A stretch of DNA of 64,000 nt from Lytechinus pictus (taxonomy: Eukaryota). Below the pieces are notes generated by a model. It did not search any database, was not told the origin of the DNA, and saw only the letters and a list, made by a program, of their open reading frames with translations. Of the stretch, positions 58,101-64,000 are shown piece after piece. Within the stretch, counting starts at the first letter, position 1; every line of letters begins with the position of its first letter. The translations under genes and the position numbers were made by a program. The stretch lies in the NCBI RefSeq assembly GCF_037042905.1, contig NC_087251.1:8992001-9056000 (forward strand), given 5' to 3'.

Positions 58101-61100
58101 CACTTAACCCCCCCCCCCTCTCTCTCTCTCTCTACCCCTTTCACCCCTCCTGAGAGACTAGCCTTTGCTAGGGTGAGCAGGAATTAACCTTAATTCCAGT
58201 TTTTTCTAGAGGTGAGTCCTTTGGAACTTGCAAAGTTAAGGGTGTTATGTTAAATTATTGATAAATTGAGATCAGTTTTGGTTTCTTAAGCAAATTTCAC
58301 GAGTTACTAAATTGAAATGTAATGCATGAGTAAACAGGAATTGTAATTTTAGTGTAGCATTTTTAGTTTATTATGTGGATCTTAGCAAGTGTGCTTGTGA
58401 GAGTCAGAGTAATGTGATGGTACCTGTTACACGCAAGGGGGTGAGATACGGTAAGACTGGGTTAAAGGGGCATTATTCTTTGTGTTCTCTTACAAATTAC
58501 ATGTCACGTACTCACCCCCGCCCTCCACCCCCTTTCTTTCTCTTGGTTGGTATTTAAAACTTAAAATGCCAAGTGACTGATGGTTGATGGGTCTTTCTTT
58601 TCCATTGAATGATTATTAAGAACTTGACTAATTATTATGATGATTTATGAAATGATTTATTGAAAAAGCTGAATGTTTGATTGATAATTTATTGAAAAAG
58701 GTGAATATTTGATTGATCACATTGATTGAGTTGATTTACTAACAGATTGTTGATTGAATGATTGATAGATAAAAGTTGATGATCTAATTTTCAGAATTTA
58801 TTATCAAATTGACAGTCCGCTCTGCACTTAATGCGTACATCTAATAGCAATCAGTCTCAATCTCAACAGGAGGGGGGGGGGGCAGACCTGTAGGAGGGAG
58901 GCTAAACGTTCTGTTGACCCTTTTCCAATCAGCTTACTTCACCCACTGAAGTCATTTCTTACCCCTATTCTCCTGACTCCAATGAACACACTGCTGAGAC
59001 CCACATTGTAAAGTTAAAATGCTTCACTAAAGATTGCAATTGACGCTCACTCATGCATGGAATTTCAATTTGATGATTCATGAAATTAGCTCTAACAATT
59101 TAAATTGATAATGAATGACCATTAATTCATCAGAACACCCTCAAGTTTGCAAGTTCCAAGGGACTCGCCACTCAAAAACTGAAAGAAACCGAAAGGCGAA
59201 TTCCTGCCCACCTTAATTTTCATACCCTTTGCAAGCATGAATAGTTTTCCAACATTTGGTGTCATTTGAAAGATGACTTTATTGGCTTTCCATATATATA
59301 AGTCTTCCCCCCAAAAGTGATATACTTTTTATTTGGCAGCCATTTCAAAAGTGTATAGTTTTTTTTTTTTTTTTGGGGGGGCGCACTGTACAGTGCGTAT
59401 CAAAAAATCGGGAAAGTTATGAAAATTCTATAAAAATTTTGTTTCAAATTATGATATCTATTTTTTGATGTAAATAGATGCTCTGAAATCTTATCTTTGA
59501 AATGCCATTAAAAAAAAAAATTGTTCATGCTTGAGCGAACACGGGATGTTTTTGTCGGGGGTTCAAAAAGAGGCTTGCGCCAAATGGCAGAAATTAGAAA
59601 TTTGATGATCAGACTTCTAGCTAATCAGCAGACTTCCTCTTAACCTTTTCATTATCTTTGCCATGATCAAATTTCAATTACAAATTTATTTTATTTACTT
59701 GAATTATTTTGTTTTTTCATTTAAACTTCTTTTTCCTTTGAATTTTCCTTCATAAGTAAGAAAAGAAGACTTTTTGTCAACCCAAGCAAGAAGATTTGCA
59801 CTATTAATTGGGAGAACTTGTAATTATTCAAATCCTTTTATTATCAAGGGTGTGAGAGTTCAGATTTTTATCTGATTTCATTTTTTTTTTCAGCTTAATT
59901 TCAGCTTATTTTTGGCTTTCCTCTGTGCAAAAAGTATGGGAGCCCTTTCTTTTTCAGACTTTTTCAACACTCTTCAGCCTTTTTCAGATCTTTTTATTTG
60001 TGACCACTCACACCCCTGTATTATGTGAAACGAATTATGTTATGGTACCTTTCAAAACATGAATCCTATTTTCAAGGGGTTATTGATTCCTTGACAAGTT
60101 AAATTATGTGCTTGACAGGACAAACAGGAAAGGGTTCATGTCTTCCAATGGCAATGGTGTATTGAGTCGATTTTGAAGGAGCTAGATATGGTAGATCGGA
60201 TAAAATGTTCCACAGTTTTGAGCAAGCGAAGCGAGCAAGCAAAAATTTCCACTTTTTATTGTAATATCCAATTTTGTGATAGATTTTGACATAATATTCA
60301 GAAAATAAATCATTTTTCACTTTCTATCTTTCCTTTTATTTCCTTTCCACTTTTCTTGTTTTTATTGGGGGGGGGGGGAGGGAGTACCCCGAGCCCCCGC
60401 CTATATGTATGCCACTGTTCAAATGCACCATAACCTTTGTAGCACATAATGAAAGGATTTGAAATAAAATACACGCTCTCCCATACTTTGGTTGACATTT
60501 TATTATTGAAAAGAAACAACAACAGAACAGTTCAAGCAATAAACAGATTTGAAAATGAATTTTGACCGCATAATTCGAAAATAATGGCAAAGATAATGAA
60601 AAGGTTAAGAGGAAGTCTGCTGATTAGCACGAAGTCCAATCATCATATTTATCATTTTATGCCATTTTGGCGCAAGCCTCCTTATCAACCCCAGACAAAA
60701 ATAATACGTGTTCACTCAAGCATGATCGAAACTATCTTTTTTAATGGCATTTGAAAGATAAGGCTTCAGAGCACCTATTAACACCAAATTATAGACATCA
60801 TAACTTGAAACAAAAAAATTATAGACTCTTTAAATCTGTCCCGTTTTTTTCATACGAACTGTATAGTATCAAAACAATGGCACTTCGGATTGCTGATTTT
60901 TTTTTGTTTCCTATTTCGACGACATTTTCACTGTTTTACTTATTTATTATTCCCATTTCCTCTTCAAATATAATCGTTAAGGACCCCATTTAATCTGCGT
61001 TAAAGCAATTATCCCTGTCCCCTTCCGCTCCTTACCTAGGGTCCTTACCTTCAACTCGTAGCGAATCTTTTAACCTTTAAAGTCAGAAAGAAAGAAAGTT

Positions 61101-63097
61101 TGAGTAAAATGGTTGTCAGACGAGAAGCACCTGATGTGTTTCTATCGTCTCCTTTGATATTTCGCGAATGACTGACTCTGGATAACGTCACACAGTCAGA
61201 AGTGTGTTGCTCATATCAAGTATTTTTAGATTGAGCTTCAATCCTTTTCTATTTTTGTGGCATGATCATCGTCTTATTAAACTTGAACTGTTGAGCTTTT
61301 CTATTAAAAGAAGTTTTATATTTAGACATGCTCCAAATATAGTTATGGTTAATGGACTGCTTGTTATAAAAAGTGTGAATGTTTACATGGTATTAGCAAG
61401 CAGACAAAACCGCTAATTGTTTTGTATAGGTGTAATAATTGTCTTTAAAAAAATAGTTTCCAAACATGAAAGATTTCTTGAATGAGCATTTTGATTTAAG
61501 CAGGGAATTGATAACAATTCCCTGATTTAATTTTTTGTTTTAACTTTTTTTAATGTAATACTGTACATCGAGGTAGTACTCGAGGCTTTTGAGCTCGGCC
61601 TTATAGTTTTTTAGTTAAATAAAAAGAAAACACCCAATTCTTCAATAGATCAATCCACATGTACTCGATGAATTTCACACAATTTTATATGGTAGACTTT
61701 TCAATGTGCGAATTCTGTCAAGTTGATGCTGAAAATGAAGTTGAACATCATATAAAAAATGTTAGGTATAATGTAAAACTATATTAGAGGATGCATATTT
61801 CCCTATTTATTTCACCAATTTCACCTGTTTATATCAGAAATCAAATGATCTTTATATTGCCAGGATTATCATCACTGTATTTTTTTGTATAATTGGGATC
61901 AATGTTTTCTTCAAACTCAGAATAGTATTAAAACCGATTTATATTTTGTTTTCTTGATTTAAGCCAAGCATCAATTGGCGTCACAACAGGTGCTTCATTC
62001 TGTGGCGTAGTTGGTCATGTACATAGACATGAATACACAGGTATTATTTTTGCATGAAAATTGAAATATAATTTAGTTGATATGCCTTTTCATGTACTTT
62101 TGTATGAAAATAATTTCCAGCTTGTAGTTTTGAATTTTCATCTTATCCTATCAAACTATATAATTGTAAATAGGTAATTCGTAAATGTATATACATACCG
62201 TGGATATAGAGTAGATTTTCCGTAAGTTTATCATTTATGTAATCTATATGAATACGTTTTATTTTCTTTGTAATGCGGTCGGAACCTACTTGGTAAAGCT
62301 AGCTTTAAGAAGGAAATACTAGCCTATTTTTTCTATATCATAAAGACATTATCTTTAAAAGTATTACCTAATCAGTTAAGGATATTTACCCAAATTATTT
62401 AAAATCATAACTTATGGCTATTTAGTAATATAATGTAGACGTGCTAATCGAGGCTAATGATAGCTTCTCTTACGTAAGCAATGAACTTCTTTCACTACCC
62501 TCCAGTAATCGGACGTAAAGTGAACATGGCTGCACGATTAATGATGCACTACCCAAATAAGGTGTCATGTGACTCAGAAACATTCCATCATTGTAAACAA
62601 CCTCGTGCTTTCTTCCATGAGCTTCCTCTTCGAGAGATGAAGGGTGTCAGTGATGCAGGTGTCATTCATGAGTACATCGAAGGCGATGAGTAAGGCATCA
62701 GTAGTACTCACAATTCATTCAATTCTTATTTCATTTATTTCTTTTTTTTGCCTGTCAATATTAAGCAAATTGAGATATCTCATATTCTTTTATCAACATT
62801 TCATAAGAACAGCATACTCGATAAAATTAAACAGAGAACTGACACATTAAAAAGATGCAATTTTATTTCGATGACGCAATCACCGTATGTAGGCTTACAC
62901 GTACATGTAAGAATTCAGGCGCAATATTCTGGCTTTTTGAGATAATTCCTCGTATCTTGTAATTTATCGAACAAGCAGTTATGCAAGTAAATTCCATCTG
63001 AATGAAACATTTCATTCAATATGTTGATATTTCAGGCGCCGTGTCTCAACTGGTTTCAATGCCGTGTCAATACCAGAATACGAGTATCCTCTGCTCG
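34332..63097 (+). CDS. ADCY10: Soluble adenylyl cyclase (sAC, adenylate cyclase type 10-like), 5' part: 13 coding exons, 553 codons, C1+C2 class III cyclase domains; gene runs off the window end
   Basis: Hand-spliced exons 34332-34500, 42397-42540, 49087-49230, 49631-49839, 50277-50391, 51634-51798, 52235-52317, 52604-52760, 54486-54517, 56258-56376, 61964-62040, 62506-62689, 63036-63097. All introns are GT-AG and cumulative phases (1,1,1,0,1,1,0,1,0,2,1,2,1) give one open frame. Motifs GVLMFADISGFTAL, GDVLKFAGDAFLALW, YLSEMRQVSVVFINL, NKVFMFDKGCTFLAIFGLPG, GVVGHVHRHEYTVIGRKVNMAARLM and YPLLG match the ADCY10 family as I recall it. The start codon is inferred. Confidence 0.96.
39503..39714. 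mobile_element. Short Tc1/mariner-type MITE
   Basis: TA|CAGTGGTGCTAGAAAATTACGGAACCCCAC ... GTGGGGTTCACTAACTTTTTAGCACCACTG|CA. Confidence 0.78.
40311..41485. mobile_element. PIF/Harbinger-type non-autonomous element with a duplicated left ~470 bp
   Basis: 27-bp perfect TIR AGCCCCTTTCACAATTGACGTACGACC, flanked by TAA / TTA. A second left end starts at 40782. Confidence 0.88.
41691..42107 (+). mobile_element. hAT-like MITE with 6-bp TSD (copy 1)
   Basis: CGTTAG|CAGACGTGCAAACC ... GGTTGGCAGGTCTG|CGTTAG. Confidence 0.9.
42397..42540 (+). CDS. ADCY10: sAC coding exon 2, GFTALCERYS...LNDYLGEIVENILGTEGDVLKFAG
   Basis: acatag| ... |gtaggg, 144 nt, phase 1-1. Absent from the supplied ORF track. Confidence 0.96.
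42975..43516. mobile_element. Unclassified non-autonomous DNA element with CCCGGG(G)nCACTC termini and 8-bp TSD
   Basis: AGGCAATC|CCCGGGGGGGGGGCACTC ... GAGTG(C)nGGG|AGGCAATC. Confidence 0.9.
44272..44736 (+). pseudogene. LINE ORF1 C-terminal half (RNA-binding region), 5'-truncated
   Basis: RRQNLEIAGIPEEKQENP...DIDIAHRLG...PRPIIVRF...IFVNENL...YKFLWTYNGKIYVRK, a motif order typical of CR1/L2-type ORF1. Confidence 0.88.
44781..47777 (+). CDS. LINE ORF2: AP-endonuclease plus reverse transcriptase, 998 aa, uninterrupted
   Basis: EN motifs NVRSL, LSEVW, GGGVG, IYRKP, GDFNINL, LIDH, SDHLP. RT motifs NYRPISIL, QYGFR, FIDFAKAFDTI, GIPQGSVLGP, LFADD, FLGI. Confidence 0.98.
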   Translation: MNVMDTTLINRISLNDNEELDPFQITTASLSPENFSSTKAFSQPFSISHVNVRSLNRNFEMLKEVYEDELKSFFDIVALSEVWNVKDVNHFLMPGYNLELQCRNITRGGGVGAYIHSGLNYKRMPNLSLHNAESLWLKILIQDVSIIFGVIYRKPESNFEEFSLDLNEQLHNLNLDRNHCIIVGDFNINLLSPTESCRDFIHMTECYGLRQLITSPTRITSSSISLIDHVYTNIYAYPIQAGCIEVDISDHLPVYSVFKNFKCVKQRKNSVTRRNFHNFSIDSFCNDLHVTTNFWKSVLECMDPNEAYNIFQRQFLFVCNKHAPIETKCVKQKKKNKPWITRCIKRSISTKHRLFSQIIKSNYNKDCLNKYKKYRNQLTAVLRKAKQMHYEHKFEADKKDSKKTWGHINELLNKNSGSNLNSKINKLVVNQENEPSEITSSIDIANSLNNYFSTIGKNLAEKIEQPNVNYREFMGPYISQTFFFLPITSSEVKEMLYTLDQSKASGYDDISVRLLKYAMNCICKPLSHIFNLSFTTGIFPDKLKVARVIPVFKKGDKELPGNYRPISILPAISKIFEKLVNVRLMKFIEKNEILYKHQYGFRNGYSTKLSLINLINQITRYTDEGKVTVGIFIDFAKAFDTINHSILIKKLEHYGIRGKAVEWFNDYLRNRKQFVNYDGVNSEYRSISCGIPQGSVLGPTLFLLYINDLANSSNYFNFRLFADDSNLFHTFNCDEQHIDLSEISLNLNNIIAWCNANKLTINVTKTKYMLFKNRRKNIMISGQLSLKGTLLDCVESTLFLGICIDKNLTWKKQVDIVCNVLSKKIGILYRLRNYVTKRILVMLYNSFILPQITYGLEVWGGTCKTTLNPILLLQKRIARIMTFNHHTYHSAPLFYDLNILDIFKQYQYLIGVFMHDLINNRLPHSFIDYFSFIDHPYNTRNREKRNVNLDKNNTNLGKQSISFSGPTLWNLLPSNVRNTPSRKIFSKSLKLMLLEDYN
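48191..48613 (+). mobile_element. hAT-like MITE with 6-bp TSD (copy 2, direct repeat of 41691-42107)
   Basis: CTCTCT|CAGACATGCCAACC ... GGTTGGCAGGTCTG|CTCTCT. Collinear and highly similar to copy 1. Confidence 0.9.
49087..49230 (+). CDS. ADCY10: sAC coding exon 3, GDAFLALWKV...DNWDTEVGVKLRVKI
   Basis: tgtcag| ... |gtaaat, 144 nt, phase 1-1. Carries the second metal-binding Asp (AGD). Confidence 0.96.
49631..49839 (+). CDS. ADCY10: sAC coding exon 4, ALSIGPVRVTTIGNEG...HFVLSGPAVLEANIAEKFALSGDVILSPKVW...KHIA
   Basis: gaatag| ... |gtaatc, 209 nt, end of the C1 domain. Confidence 0.95.
50277..50391 (+). CDS. ADCY10: sAC coding exon 5 (C1-C2 linker), VTAYHRRKSIEPGKG...GKVPLR; donor position uncertain
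   Basis: gaccag| acceptor in phase 0. The donor |gtgcgt after 50391 fits the phase of the next exon, but three other in-frame GT sites exist. Confidence 0.72.
50714..51576. mobile_element. PIF/Harbinger-type non-autonomous element (GC-rich)
   Basis: TAA|AGGCTTGGTCACACCGC...CTTTGTTGGAG ... CTCCAACAAAG...GCGGTGTGACCAGGCCT|CAA. Confidence 0.85.
51634..51798 (+). CDS. ADCY10: sAC coding exon 6 (linker), DERFTGWRRLSTGAYLLQNQ...EQDARGR
   Basis: aatcag| ... |gtaagt, 165 nt, phase 1-1, open frame. No family motif, so support comes from splice sites and frame only. Confidence 0.8.
52235..52317 (+). CDS. ADCY10: sAC coding exon 7, QRPAVFVSPTDDEKARLRKYIIKPVLQK
   Basis: tcacag| ... |gtaggc. The L.KY....VL.K pattern precedes C2 in sAC proteins. 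Confidence 0.92.
52604..52760 (+). CDS. ADCY10: sAC coding exon 8, IDDDMPLEYLSEMRQVSVVFINL...MLAFEG
   Basis: atatag| ... |gtatag, start of C2. Confidence 0.96.
52805..54228. repeat. ~568-bp near-identical tandem duplication (52805-53373 / 53374-~53943) of intron sequence plus a TGCTTTTCACA-TIR MITE, followed by a more diverged partial third copy
   Basis: Near-identical ORFs at 53104 and 53671 (offset 567). TIR TGCTTTTCACACTGCA at 52920 and 53488 versus TGCAATGTGAAAAGCA at ~54213-54228. The same family end occurs inverted at 4198-4310. Confidence 0.93.
54486..54517 (+). CDS. ADCY10: sAC coding exon 9 (32-nt microexon), GCLNKVFMFDK
   Basis: tttcag| ... |gtaagg. Encodes the conserved NKVFMFDK adenine-binding strand. 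Confidence 0.96.
55148..55183. repeat. (TA)n microsatellite
   Basis: Read directly from the sequence. Confidence 0.97.
55412..55682. mobile_element. MITE with CAG TSD (PIF/Harbinger-related, CWG target)
   Basis: CAG|GGCCCCGTCTTACAAAGAGTT ... AACTCTTTGTAAGACGGGCCC|CAG. Confidence 0.85.
56258..56376 (+). CDS. ADCY10: sAC coding exon 10, GCTFLAIFGLPGYKHEDDCARALRCS...
   Basis: ttatag| ... |gtgagt. Confidence 0.96.
57635..59388. mobile_element. Tc1/mariner-type fold-back element with ~500-bp imperfect inverted arms
   Basis: TA|CAGTGCGTCCCAAAAAAACTATACACTTTTGAAATGGCTGCCAAATAAAAA ... TTTTTATTTGGCAGCCATTTCAAAAGTGTATAGTTT...GCGCACTG|TA. Confidence 0.9.
59391..60861. mobile_element. Second Tc1/mariner-type fold-back element (~280-bp arms) abutting the previous one at a shared TA
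   Basis: TA|CAGTGCGTATCAAAAAA ... TTTTTTTCATACGAACTG|TA. Arms include GCTAATCAGCAGACTTCCTCTTAACCTTTTCATTATCTTTGCCAT and its reverse complement at ~60585-60629. Confidence 0.88.
61964..62040 (+). CDS. ADCY10: sAC coding exon 11, QASIGVTTGASFCGVVGHVHRHEYT
   Basis: tttaag| ... |gtatta. Contains the sAC-type substrate-specifying Thr (HEYT). Confidence 0.96.
62506..62689 (+). CDS. ADCY10: sAC coding exon 12, VIGRKVNMAARLMMHYP...REMKGVSDAGVIHEYIEGD
   Basis: ctccag| ... |gtaagg. Contains the catalytic N-x3-R and KG motifs; end of C2. Confidence 0.97.
63036..63097 (+). CDS. ADCY10: sAC coding exon 13, ERRVSTGFNAVSIPEYEYPLLG
   Basis: tttcag| ... |gtaagt, 62 nt. YPLLG leads into the P-loop region in full-length sAC. 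Confidence 0.92.
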
Positions 63098-63119
63098 GTA
63101 AGTGACCAGAAATGATATA

Positions 63120-63893
63120 CAGTGCGTCCCACAAAAACAAAACCGAGATTTAGCGATGATTTATCATAACTTAATCATAAATACAATAGACAAATGACCT
63201 ACCAATGTAAAGCTTAGAATCTCTTCTTTCATCTGAAATTATTTAGATTATTCCTCATTCACGTATGAGTGAGCAAAAACAATTTGAAGAAAGAATACCA
63301 AAAACTCATTTGGCGGGGGTATCTGAATTTCAAAAAGAAAATCACATGCATAGAAAGTTCAATATCTGCTCTTTTATTTGATACTTTAATCACAAAAATG
63401 GTCAAGAAGTAAAAAAGTTCTGTTCCCTCGAAACAATGCTTGTAATTCCATAATTTTGTTTTCACCGGCTTCCCACAAAAGCTACCGCACGGTTAACAAA
63501 AGACTTAATGCATGGCTGATCGTTAACAAAACGGAGTGTCGAGTTCTGGACGTTAGCCTGTAAAACCCCTTCATTTTATGAAATTATTGAAATTCAAGCC
63601 TTTTTTCAAATAACCAGAACTTTGTTATTTCTTAACAATTTTCTGTAATTGAGGTATCAAATTAAAGAGCACATTTTAAAAATATGGTTTTCTTTTTGAA
63701 ACCCAGAAACAGCCCGCCAAGTGTCTTTTTGGTATATCCTCTTTTCAAATTGTTTTTGCTCAGTCATGCCTGAATGAGAAATAATCTAAGTAATTTTAGA
63801 TGAAAGAGGAGATTCTGGTAGGTCATTTATCTATTGTATTTGTGATTAAGTTATGATAAATCTCGGTTCGTTTTTTTTTTGCGGGACGCACTG
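63120..63893. mobile_element. Tc1/mariner-type MITE 22 nt downstream of the sAC exon 13 donor
   Basis: TA|CAGTGCGTCCCACAAAAA...ACCGAGATTTA ... TAAATCTCGGT...TTTTGCGGGACGCACTG|TA. Confidence 0.92.
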
Positions 63894-64000
63894 TATATCT
63901 TAAAGCATCACCCGGGTATCCCCCTTATTATTATACAAATAATGCACGTAAGCGCGTACATGCAGGGCAAATAATGAACGATGTGCGAGAAGTGCCAATG

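Noticed and set aside
34332..63097. Bacterial or recently transferred origin of the cyclase
   Set aside because: sAC resembles bacterial class III cyclases, but this copy has 12 canonical spliceosomal introns and animal ADCY10-type motifs.

Overview
This is AT-rich eukaryotic genomic DNA with spliceosomal introns and a dense load of transposons. It is probably from a marine invertebrate, most likely a sea urchin, inferred from the repeat landscape and not proven. The only host protein-coding gene I can support is the 5' part of a soluble, bicarbonate-type adenylyl cyclase (sAC/ADCY10-like) on the + strand. I reconstructed 13 coding exons by hand (34332-63097; 1660 nt, 553 codons, all GT-AG with consistent phases). 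They encode both catalytic domains C1 and C2, and the gene continues past the window end. The rest is intergenic or intronic repeat: a full-length but catalytically dead Tc1 transposon, a CR1/L2-type LINE with an intact 998-aa ORF2 inside a sAC intron, three L1/Tx1-type LINE fragments, about 20 non-autonomous DNA elements (several nested), and three tandem arrays. I found no CRISPR, rRNA, tRNA or prokaryotic system, and no convincing wholly new biological system. The best leads concern sAC regulation (long PKA-site linker, Asn at the bicarbonate-site Arg, a possible C1+C2-only isoform, a spliced uORF), unusual transposon structures, and two promoter-like zones upstream that have no assigned gene.
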